64,000 nucleotides of DNA from an uncultured Gammaproteobacteria bacterium (GTDB taxonomy: Bacteria > Patescibacteriota > Patescibacteriia > UBA9934). A model generated the notes under the pieces. It was not told where the DNA came from, did not search any database, and was given only the letters and a program-made list of their open reading frames with translations. The position numbers were made by a program, and so were the translations under genes. Within the stretch, counting starts at the first letter, position 1; the number at the start of each line of letters is the position of its first letter. The stretch is from the NCBI GenBank assembly GCA_964552565.1, contig CAZKGL010000001.1, positions 237,113-301,112 on the forward strand. The letters are read 5' to 3'. Below are positions 45,808 to 53,879 of the stretch, piece after piece.

Positions 45808-45853
45808 CAGGAGGGATTTATGGTAAAATGGTCCCGGTATGGCATACGAGCGT

Positions 45854-47689
45854 ATGGCCACGCGGGGACCGGGAGCGTGGCGCCTGAGGGCGCTTCGCTT
45901 TTTCTTTCTCGCGTTCCTGTGCCTGATCGGCGTGCGCCTGTTCGTGCTCCAGGTCGTCGATGCGGCATGGTACCAGGCGCTGTCGCAGGGGCAGCACTCT
46001 ATCTACGAAGAATTGGTTCCGAAACGCGGAAGTATCTACGCAAAAGATTATGGCGACGATACGGAGTACGCGGTTGCGACAAACGAACCGCGTGCATTCG
46101 TCTATGCCGACCCGCGGCTCATCCTTGAACCGATCAACACCGGCCTTGCCATCGCAAAGATATTGCAGCTGGAAGGGTGGGATACGTACGGAAACGACCC
46201 CCTGGCCCCCATGAATGGGGGTAGCCTCGATGGTCAGGAAACCCCCTCCATTGATGGAGGGGGCACGGGGGTGGTCCCGACCGATACGGAAGTGCTCATC
46301 GAGCGCCTGTCGAAAGTCGATGACCCCTACGAACCGGTTGCGCGCGATGTCCACCAGGACGCGCTCGACCAGATTATCGCGCTCGACATCGACGGCATCG
46401 ACTACGTGCTCGAAGAGGCGCGCGATTACCCGGAGGAGAACTTTGGGGGGCATGTCCTCGGTTTTTTGGGACGCGATGACGAGGCCCGCCGCATCGGGTT
46501 GTATGGGCTTGAGGGATATTTCGACGAGTTCCTCGCCGGGCGCGCAGGGTCGCTCTACTCGCAGACCGACGCGACCGGCCGCTGGACCGGCGTCGGCGCG
46601 CGCAGCTTCACCCCGGCCGTGGACGGCGGCGACCTCCTCCTCACCATCGACCGCACCGTGCAGTATATGGCGTGCGCCATGCTGCGCGAGGGCATCGAGC
46701 AATTTGACGCGGACGGCGGCGCGCTTGTCATCTTGGAGCCGTCGACAGGGCGCGTGCTCGCCATGTGCGGCGGGCCGGACTTCGACCCGAACGAGTATGG
46801 CAACGTCGAGGATGTCAGCGTGTACAACAACCCGGCGATTTTTGAGCCGTACGAGCCGGGTTCCATCTTCAAGCCGGTGACGATGGCCGCGGCGATCGAC
46901 GCGGGCGTGGTCACGCCGCACACGACGTTCGAGGATACGGGCGAAGTGAAAGTCGACGACCGCACGATCCGCAACTCGGACCTCAAGGCGCACGGCGTGG
47001 TGACGATGACCGAGGTGCTCGACGAGTCGCTGAACACCGGCATGGTGTGGGTCATGCGCAAGATGGGGCGCGACGTGTTTGAAGCCTATGTGCGGAAATT
47101 CCACTTCGGCGACCTGTTCGGCATCGAGCTCGACACCGAAGTCGCCGGCACCATCGCGTCGCTCGACGAGTCCGCGGAAGTGTATGCGGCGACCGCGAGT
47201 TTCGGCCAAGGTATCACGGTGACGCCGCTCCAGATCGCCGCGGCGTATGCGGCGATCGCGAACGGCGGCGCACTCATGAAGCCGTACATCGTCGAGGAAG
47301 TGCGGTATGCGGATGGCACGGTGGAGACGCGGCGGCCGGAAAAAGTCGAGCAAGTCATTTCGCAAAAGGCCGCCACGACCGCGAGCGCGATGCTGGTCTC
47401 TGTGGTCGAGAACGGGCACGGCAAGCGCGCCGCGGTGCCCGGCTACTATATTGCCGGCAAAACCGGTACCGCGCAGGTTGCGGGCCAGGGCGGGTACCTC
47501 GAAGGGGTGACGAACGGCTCGTTCGCCGGCTTTGGGCCGGTCGGTAACCCGCGGTTCGCCATGGTGGTCAAACTTGAGAATCCGAAGACGGTTGAATGGG
47601 CCGAGTCGTCCGCCGCCCCGATCTTCGGCCGCATCGCCGATTTCCTTCTCGAATATTACGACATCGCTCCTGAACGGCCCTTGCCATAA
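45854..47689 (+). CDS. class B penicillin-binding protein (FtsI/PBP2 family)
   Basis: N-terminal TM, KRGSIY, GLYGLE, LTIDRTVQ, YEPGSIFK (SxxK), SLN, GKTGTAQ. Confidence 0.93.
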   Translation: MATRGPGAWRLRALRFFFLAFLCLIGVRLFVLQVVDAAWYQALSQGQHSIYEELVPKRGSIYAKDYGDDTEYAVATNEPRAFVYADPRLILEPINTGLAIAKILQLEGWDTYGNDPLAPMNGGSLDGQETPSIDGGGTGVVPTDTEVLIERLSKVDDPYEPVARDVHQDALDQIIALDIDGIDYVLEEARDYPEENFGGHVLGFLGRDDEARRIGLYGLEGYFDEFLAGRAGSLYSQTDATGRWTGVGARSFTPAVDGGDLLLTIDRTVQYMACAMLREGIEQFDADGGALVILEPSTGRVLAMCGGPDFDPNEYGNVEDVSVYNNPAIFEPYEPGSIFKPVTMAAAIDAGVVTPHTTFEDTGEVKVDDRTIRNSDLKAHGVVTMTEVLDESLNTGMVWVMRKMGRDVFEAYVRKFHFGDLFGIELDTEVAGTIASLDESAEVYAATASFGQGITVTPLQIAAAYAAIANGGALMKPYIVEEVRYADGTVETRRPEKVEQVISQKAATTASAMLVSVVENGHGKRAAVPGYYIAGKTGTAQVAGQGGYLEGVTNGSFAGFGPVGNPRFAMVVKLENPKTVEWAESSAAPIFGRIADFLLEYYDIAPERPLP

Positions 47690-47723
47690 AAAAGAACGCG
47701 CCGCCCGGTAGAGCCGGGCGGCG
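47688..47723 (-). terminator. intrinsic (probably bidirectional) terminator
   Basis: CGCCGCCCGG-TAGAG-CCGGGCGGCG with an A-tract on the left. Confidence 0.75.
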
Positions 47724-47724
47724 A

Positions 47725-47816
47725 GGTGTTGGCGCACATGCGGTTGCCGGGAAGGAGCAGCTGTGCACAGGGCCCGAGCGTGCTTATCCGGATTGTGCCC
47801 ACGTACGCCAACCCCC
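47725..47816 (-). ncRNA. candidate ~90-nt structured small RNA
   Basis: Minus-strand TTGACA at 47840-47845; closing stem GTTGGCGTACGTG/CATGTGCGCCAAC with G-U pairs; two inner hairpins; terminator follows. Confidence 0.35.
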
Positions 47817-47849
47817 TATCTTCCACGTCCAGATTCTCCTGTCAAGGGT

Positions 47850-49673
47850 CTAGTCGACGGTCACGGCTTTTGCGAGGTTTCTGGGCTTATCTGGGTTAAG
47901 GCCTTTCATGACCGCGAGTTCGTAGGCGATGCATTGGAAGGGGACGACGGCGAGGAGCGGGGTCAGCACCCCGTCGTGCGGGATGACGATGGTGGCATCG
48001 GCAACGCCCTCGGCGAGCGCGGGCTTGTCCGTGACGACGATGGTGCGCGCCCCGCGCGCACGGACCTCTTCCGCCGCAGTGCGCATGAGACCGGCGTGGT
48101 TGTCGTCGATGATGATCAGGAAGACCGGCGTGCCATGCTCGATAAGCGCAAACGGGCCGTGCTTGAGTGCGCCGGCGGCGTACCCTTCGGCATGGATGTA
48201 CGTAATCTCTTTTATTTTCAGTGCGGCCTCGTGTGCGATCGGCTCCGCCGCGCCTTTGCCGAGTATGAAGCAATGCGCCGCGCCGCGGAGCGTTTCGGCG
48301 ATCGCGCGGTACCGGTCCCGGGATTGGAGTGCGAGCCCGATGTTCGTCGGCAGGCGATGGAGGTCTTCGATGACTTTGCGCCGCCGCCCCTCTTCGGCGC
48401 CGCGCCGCTCCGCAAACCATGCCGCAACAAGCTCGAGCGCCGTGACTTGCGTGACGAACGCCTTCGTTGACGCCACGCCGAACTCGCGGCCCGCGTTCAG
48501 GTAGACGCCGCACTGCGTGGTGCGGGCGATGAGCGATCCGACCGCGTTCACGACGGAGAAGACGGGCACATTCCGTTTTTCCGCAAGCATGAGCGCGCGG
48601 TGCACGTCCTTCGTCTCGCCGGACTGGGAAATGACGAGGAGTCCTGCGCCTTCGGGGGCGAAGTGATGGAACGTGAGCTCCGACGCATCGACGACCTGCA
48701 CGGTATCGAACGCCTTCATGGCGCGCATGGCGAGCGCGCCGAACAGTCCGGCGTGGTACGACGTGCCGCACGCCGCGATGACGAGGTGTCGGATGCCGCG
48801 CAACCGTTCCTCCGCGCGTTCAAGGCCTCCGAGTTTGACCCCGCTCTCGCCGTTGATGCGCGCGCCGTGGTTCAGGGTACGGAGCACGGCGTCGGGTTGC
48901 TCCATGATTTCTTTTTCGGTCCAGTGGGTGTATGGGGCGGGGGAGAGCGCGACCGTTTCTTCCGGTGCGCGTTCCATGCGCGTCGTCGCAAGCGAGTGGC
49001 CGTCTTGCGTGATGCATGCGAGTTCGCCGTTTTCGAGCGCAATGAAGTTGCGCGTGGATGGGCCGAACGCGACCGGTTCGGACGCGATGAACATCTTGCC
49101 CTCGCCGACGCCGATGACGAGCGGGCTACCGTTGCGCGCAGCCATGATCGTACCCGGCATCGTCGTCGAAAGGATGCCGAGGCCCCATGTGCCTTCCAGC
49201 CGGGCGATTGCGCGGCGCACGGCGTCGGTCAGCGGGTCGCCGTGGTCAAGGTAGTGTCCGATGAGCTGGGCGATGACTTCGGTGTCGGTTTCGGACCGGA
49301 ACGCGACGCCGAACCCCTCGAGCTCGCGCCGCAGCGCGTGGGAGTTTTCGATGACGCCGTTATGCACGACGGCGACGCGATTGTTCGCGTCGAGGTGGGG
49401 GTGGGCGTTCGGGTCGGTCTTGCCGCCATGGGTCGCCCAACGGGTGTGCCCGATGCCGATGGTGTGGCCGACGTGGCGCGCCGCTTCGCCTTTGCAGCGG
49501 GCGATCGCGTCCGAGGTCCCCTGGCTTGCGTATTTGGTTACGACAAATCGGTTTTCAGGCGCGAGCGTAGCGATACCGGCAGAGTCATAGCCGCGGTTTT
49601 CGAGTATGGTAAGACCGTCAAGAATAACATTGACAGCATCTTCCCGTCCTACGAATCCGATAATGCCACACAT
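47850..49673 (-). CDS. glmS: glutamine--fructose-6-phosphate aminotransferase
   Basis: MCGIIG, RGYDSAG, GHTRWATHG, ISQSGET, VASTKAF, LKHGP, DKPRNLAKAVTVD. Confidence 0.98.
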   Translation of the reverse strand: MCGIIGFVGREDAVNVILDGLTILENRGYDSAGIATLAPENRFVVTKYASQGTSDAIARCKGEAARHVGHTIGIGHTRWATHGGKTDPNAHPHLDANNRVAVVHNGVIENSHALRRELEGFGVAFRSETDTEVIAQLIGHYLDHGDPLTDAVRRAIARLEGTWGLGILSTTMPGTIMAARNGSPLVIGVGEGKMFIASEPVAFGPSTRNFIALENGELACITQDGHSLATTRMERAPEETVALSPAPYTHWTEKEIMEQPDAVLRTLNHGARINGESGVKLGGLERAEERLRGIRHLVIAACGTSYHAGLFGALAMRAMKAFDTVQVVDASELTFHHFAPEGAGLLVISQSGETKDVHRALMLAEKRNVPVFSVVNAVGSLIARTTQCGVYLNAGREFGVASTKAFVTQVTALELVAAWFAERRGAEEGRRRKVIEDLHRLPTNIGLALQSRDRYRAIAETLRGAAHCFILGKGAAEPIAHEAALKIKEITYIHAEGYAAGALKHGPFALIEHGTPVFLIIIDDNHAGLMRTAAEEVRARGARTIVVTDKPALAEGVADATIVIPHDGVLTPLLAVVPFQCIAYELAVMKGLNPDKPRNLAKAVTVD

Positions 49674-49778
49674 AGCTCTTACGCCATTAATAGTGTCAGC
49701 ATTTATTTTGACACATGTGAGGCTCTTCCGGAAGTGGAAAACAAAACTCCGCGAGCACTCGCGGAGTTTTGTTGTTTG

Positions 49779-50552
49779 TTACGCGGCCTCTTTGTCAAAC
49801 CACGCTTTTTCTTGAGGTTCAAAGTCCTTTGTTTCGTCGAGTGGCATCATTGCGGCCGCATCAAGCGCCGCCGCGCCCCGTACCTCGCGCTTCGGCTGTT
49901 CGAAGAGCGCTGCTGCCACCGCGCCGACCGGGGAGGTGGTTACGAGTTTTGACCGCATCTGGAGGGCTTCGTTGCGGGAACGGAGGTTTGCGAGCTGCGC
50001 GTCGATGTCGCGGATGCGCCCCCAGTGGAACGGGTTCCAAAGTTTCAGCTTGCTGCGTTCTTCCTGCATGCGCCCAATCTGACTCTGGATGCGCGTTGTG
50101 TCTTTGCGGATTTTTTCGCGTTCGCGTTCGACCCGCAATCGCTTGGAAAGATGGCTCTCGTCGCCGTAGGGCGTCGCCGCCGACGGGGCGAGCTCTTTGT
50201 CGAGCGCCATCTGCTTCATGCGAAGGAACGCGAGCTCCTTCATCTCCTCGTCGCTCAGGTCTTCCTGATCCTTTTCGAGCTTCTTGATCTTCTTGTCGAG
50301 CGCTTTGCGGTAGGTGTCAATAGAAAAATTCGCAAGCTCGCGGTGCACCTCGTGGCGCGCCTCCGCGAGATCGATGTCGCGATTGACGGCGGCGGTGTCG
50401 GCGAAATGTTGCCGCTGCTCGAATTCGTCGAGCGCCTTGAGCTCCGGCGTCAACTCCACCGCGCCGCGACGGTGCACATCCGTCGCGCGGACGCCGCGTT
50501 CTGTGCGCGTCGTTTCGCGCTCAATCCTCCCTTCGCGCAGGAACTCGTTCAT
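49779..50552 (-). CDS. hypothetical coiled-coil protein
   Basis: Charged helical ORF, ctATG start; terminator-like hairpin at about 49741-49775. Confidence 0.7.
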   Translation of the reverse strand: MNEFLREGRIERETTRTERGVRATDVHRRGAVELTPELKALDEFEQRQHFADTAAVNRDIDLAEARHEVHRELANFSIDTYRKALDKKIKKLEKDQEDLSDEEMKELAFLRMKQMALDKELAPSAATPYGDESHLSKRLRVEREREKIRKDTTRIQSQIGRMQEERSKLKLWNPFHWGRIRDIDAQLANLRSRNEALQMRSKLVTTSPVGAVAAALFEQPKREVRGAAALDAAAMMPLDETKDFEPQEKAWFDKEAA

Positions 50553-50577
50553 AGTGCTTGCAGTATAGCATGCGCGG

Positions 50578-50619
50578 AACTGAAAACGCACCCGAGGGCA
50601 GTGCGCCTTCAGGGTGCGT
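50578..50619 (-). terminator. terminator module, exact inverted copy of 53107-53148
   Basis: 42-bp identity ACGCACCCTGAAGGCGCACTGCCCTCGGGTGCGTTTTCAGTT. Confidence 0.8.
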
Positions 50620-50640
50620 GCGTCGCAACCGGACGTTCGT

Positions 50641-50991
50641 CTAGCCCTCCTCGGCCAGCTTCTTCAGGATCTCGCGGACCTGGCCGTCAGTCCTGAAGTT
50701 GGTGTGGAACATGTCGCCGCTGTCGATGACGACGTAGTAGGACATGAGCCCCTCGATGACGCGCGGGTTGTCGTCCTTGATGGACTCCCAGCCCTGCGGG
50801 GTCTGGATGAGCGTCGACTCGCCCTGGTCGTTGAAGAGGTTGCCATCGAGGCGCCAGCGCGCGACCTCCTGATCGACGATCATGACGAGCACGCAGAGCG
50901 CCGCGGGCGCGCCGGCGAGGATTGCGACAGTGTTGACGATGTCTGCGATCGACATCTTCTGCCGCGGCGAGGCGGAACGGGAAATGGACAT
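50641..50991 (-). CDS. orphan single-TM hypothetical protein
   Basis: CCCGGAG SD, own promoter 51016-51050, GC3-biased codons. Confidence 0.7.
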   Translation of the reverse strand: MSISRSASPRQKMSIADIVNTVAILAGAPAALCVLVMIVDQEVARWRLDGNLFNDQGESTLIQTPQGWESIKDDNPRVIEGLMSYYVVIDSGDMFHTNFRTDGQVREILKKLAEEG

Positions 50992-51015
50992 GTAAAGGCT
51001 CCGGGTTGCAGGAGA

Positions 51016-51050
51016 ACTGTAGCATAAAAATGGTGTTTTGTCAATGAAAT
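51016..51050 (-). promoter_or_regulatory. sigma70 promoter of orphan 50991
   Basis: TTGACA...TGc-TACAGT; near-identical to 1388-1418. Confidence 0.75.
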
Positions 51051-51069
51051 TTCCATAAATTCTGCAAAA

Positions 51070-51103
51070 CAAAAGCGCCCTCGGCCGAAGCCGATGGCGC
51101 TTT
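51070..51103 (-). terminator. terminator of tRNA-Glu
   Basis: AAAAGCGCC-CTCGGC-CGAA-GCCGAT-GGCGCTTT. Confidence 0.7.
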
Positions 51104-51178
51104 TGGTGACCCTACGGGGATTCGAACCCCGATTTGATCCGTGAGAGGGATCCGTCCTAGCCCTTAGACGATAGGGCC
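51104..51178 (-). tRNA. tRNA-Glu (CTC)
   Basis: GGCCCTA...TAGGGTC-A-CCA; anticodon arm GATCC-CTCTCAC-GGATC; GGTTCGAATCC. Confidence 0.96.
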
Positions 51179-51209
51179 GCACTTTTGCGGCGGAATCATA
51201 ACAAAATGA

Positions 51210-51593
51210 TCACCGCCCGTCAACGATCGGGTCTCCGGTTTCCGGAGTCCGCCACCCACGGCTGATTTCTTCGTGCTCGAGCGCATCGTCGTCCCAGCCG
51301 AGATGATGGCCGATTTCGTGCCAGAGCGTGCGGCGGATTTCTTCACGAATTGCCTCAGGATCGTCGCCGCATTCGTTTTCGATGGCGCGTTGGTAGATGG
51401 CGATTTTGTCCGGCAGCATGCCGGTCGGGTCGCCGATTCGGTCCACGCGCGGCGTGCCGAAATACTCGCCAAGCGGCCCGTCGTCCGTCCCCGGTTCCGC
51501 GCAGAACGCCACGTTATCGAGCGCGGAAAGCACATCGGGAGGTAGTTCATTTACTGCGCGTTCAACTTCGGCAAGGAATGCGTCGGGGGACAT
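51210..51593 (-). CDS. zincin-like metallopeptidase (DUF1025/Zincin_1)
   Basis: LGEYFG, LPDKIAIYQRAI, TLWHEIGHHLG. Confidence 0.85.
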   Translation of the reverse strand: MSPDAFLAEVERAVNELPPDVLSALDNVAFCAEPGTDDGPLGEYFGTPRVDRIGDPTGMLPDKIAIYQRAIENECGDDPEAIREEIRRTLWHEIGHHLGWDDDALEHEEISRGWRTPETGDPIVDGR

Positions 51594-51727
51594 AGTAAGA
51601 CTATTTTTCCGAATTCGGATGAAAAGGGAAAGAGACTTGCAAAAAGTGCAAAAACTTGCTAGTATTCGGACAGTTCTTTGGGACGAGAGTCCCGTTTTTC
51701 GTATCAACCCAAACCATAGGAGGCGAC

Positions 51728-53095
51728 ATGAAGGTCGTCCTGGTCCAGCCTCGCTCCCCATGGGGCAAGCAACCGTACCTCCCGAACGGCCTCCTCATGG
51801 TGGCCGCGCAGCTCATGTCCGTGGGCGTCAAGGTCGTCATCCTCGACGAGAACCTCGGCGACCGCATCGACGCGCTCGGCATGTGCGAGCACTTCGCGGA
51901 TGCGGACGCCATCGGCATCGGCGCGCTCGGCGCGCCGTACGTCCCGGAGGCGATCCGCGTGGCGGAGCGGCTGCGCAACCGTTACGGCACCCCGATCTTC
52001 GTGGGCGGTGAGGTCATCAACAACCTCGCGCCGGCGCAGTTCGTCCGCATGTTCGGCCACGTCGGGAGCATCGTGCAGATCAACGGCGACGCCGTGCTCG
52101 GCGAGAAGCTCGGGCTGGCGCTGCCGTCGATGTACGACACCTCGATGGCGCCGGCGATCGCCGCGCTTCCCGAGCGCGCCAAGGAGGCCTACTTCCGCAA
52201 GGAGTGGTGCCTCTTCACCTCGCAGGGCTGCATCTTCAACTGCAACTTCTGCGCGGCGGCGAAGGACCGGCGCGAGCGTTTCCGCGACCTGGATGCCTTC
52301 CGCGACGAGGTCACGTACCTCGCGCAGATGGTGCGGCGCTACGCCGGCCGCACGCCGCGGTACGAGGTGTACTGCTCCACGCTCGACGGGTGTCAAAACC
52401 CGGACGAGATGGAGCAGACGCTCGCGACCGTCACGGAAGTCTGCGCCGATGTCGACGTGTTCTTCCCGTTGCGGTTCCTCGCGACGGCGACGTGCACGGC
52501 GCGGGCGGTCCGCAAGGACCCGGACGTACTCCGGCGCTGGGGCGGCTACGGGCTCGGGTGCATCGGCATCGGCGTCGACGGCAACGACCCCGCGGTGTGG
52601 GCTCGCGAGAACAAGCGGCACAACACCGAGTCGGTCATCGCCGAGGCGCTCGCGCAGATCGCCCGTGCCGGGATCCAGCCCGAGGCCTTCATGGTCATGG
52701 GACTCCCCGGGGATGACATCGACGCGGTGGCCCGCGGCATGCGTGCGTGCTTCCGCTTCGCGGCGGAAGGCATCCGTCCCCGGCCGTACCTCGGCAAAGG
52801 GCATGCGCCGGGATCGGTGGGCTGGAAGGCGGGTGGGGCGGTCGTGGACGAGTTCCTGGAGCGCCCCGAGCGCCTGCTCGAGCTCGACTACGGCGGCCTC
52901 GCGTCGCCGGCCACCCACCCGGAGAGCCGCGCGAAGCGCTGGGCCGCGAACGCCGCGTTCCTCGCGACGTGCTACGGCCTCAAGCTCACCGAGGTCGGGT
53001 GCCCGACCCAGCCGCTGTTCCCGACCGAGAGCGTGTCGTTGCCCTGGCGCATGTTTGGCCGCGTAGCGAACCGCTTCGCCGGGCAGGACCGATAG
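51728..53095 (+). CDS. B12-binding-domain radical SAM protein
   Basis: N-terminal cobalamin-binding-like P.GLLMVAA...ILDEN...IFVGG; TSQGCIFNCNFC (CxxxCxxC); FMVMGLPGD; AGGAGG SD; promoter TTGCAA...TGCTAGTAT. Confidence 0.85.
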   Translation: MKVVLVQPRSPWGKQPYLPNGLLMVAAQLMSVGVKVVILDENLGDRIDALGMCEHFADADAIGIGALGAPYVPEAIRVAERLRNRYGTPIFVGGEVINNLAPAQFVRMFGHVGSIVQINGDAVLGEKLGLALPSMYDTSMAPAIAALPERAKEAYFRKEWCLFTSQGCIFNCNFCAAAKDRRERFRDLDAFRDEVTYLAQMVRRYAGRTPRYEVYCSTLDGCQNPDEMEQTLATVTEVCADVDVFFPLRFLATATCTARAVRKDPDVLRRWGGYGLGCIGIGVDGNDPAVWARENKRHNTESVIAEALAQIARAGIQPEAFMVMGLPGDDIDAVARGMRACFRFAAEGIRPRPYLGKGHAPGSVGWKAGGAVVDEFLERPERLLELDYGGLASPATHPESRAKRWAANAAFLATCYGLKLTEVGCPTQPLFPTESVSLPWRMFGRVANRFAGQDR

Positions 53096-53106
53096 GACAA
53101 TCCGTG

Positions 53107-53148
53107 ACGCACCCTGAAGGCGCACTGCCCTCGGGTGCGTTTTCAGTT
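53107..53148 (+). terminator. terminator module, exact inverted copy of 50578-50619
   Basis: ACGCACCC...GGGTGCGT-TTT hairpin 12 nt after the stop codon. Confidence 0.8.
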
Positions 53149-53258
53149 TCCACTGAGCCAATAAGGCCCCGATCGGCCCGTTATTGGATACGAGGCTCTC
53201 CACAAAAGAAGAACCGCCCGACGAAGCGCCGGGCGGTGCTTCATCGGACGGGAGGAGT

Positions 53259-53783
53259 TCAGCTCGCGCGCAGGAGGCCGGGGCGGGTGATGCCGTCGGT
53301 CGCGTGGCGGACGGCGTTCAGCTCGGCGATGATCTGCGAGGTCATCCAGCGGCGGCCGTCGACCATCAGGCGTTCGAGGACCGCGGGAACCTCCGCGGGG
53401 ATCGAGTTCGCGAAGAGCTCGTGCCAGCTCGAGTGCCAGCCTCGCGGCAGCACGACGATGTTTCCATCGCGGGTGCCGCCTCGCGAATCGGGCCGGATGT
53501 GGTGGTCCGTCGGCTTCGTGTCGAGTCCCTCGCTGCACGTGATGCGACGACGGATGACGCGCTGGCCGACGCCCGCCACCGCGTAGCGCGCTTCGAGCAG
53601 GCGCGCCACGTCCCATTTCTTGCCAGGGGTCATCACCTCCGTGACGTATGGCATGACGAGAGAGAGGGGGAGATCGCCGAAGACGCGAGCCCATTCGAGT
53701 GCGAACCGGGGCGGAACCCACATGACGAGGGTATCCTGGTCATCGGCGGTGCGGGAGATGGCGAACTTTTCGAAATCCTGCAA
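53259..53783 (-). CDS. HNH-motif-containing orphan protein
   Basis: DHHIRPDSRGG...NIVVLP..WH..WH; GGAGG SD before TTG; terminator at about 53205-53243. Confidence 0.65.
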   Translation of the reverse strand: MQDFEKFAISRTADDQDTLVMWVPPRFALEWARVFGDLPLSLVMPYVTEVMTPGKKWDVARLLEARYAVAGVGQRVIRRRITCSEGLDTKPTDHHIRPDSRGGTRDGNIVVLPRGWHSSWHELFANSIPAEVPAVLERLMVDGRRWMTSQIIAELNAVRHATDGITRPGLLRAS

Positions 53784-53879
53784 AGAGCCTCCGCATGGCG
53801 CGTTTCTAGTCTGTCGAATTTTCCTCAGGTTGGCAACTCAACCGTTCCACAGGGTGGTATACTGAAGGCAACCATCGGT

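Noticed and set aside
47741-47765. SRP RNA helix 8 (GCCGGGAAGGAGCAGC on the plus strand)
   Set aside because: Lacks the conserved 5' CAGG side of the symmetric loop; G-U pattern of the closing stem and the promoter favour the minus strand
49674-49780. glmS ribozyme upstream of glmS
   Set aside because: Leader is short and lacks the AGCGCC...GACGAG core; only the upstream gene's terminator is present
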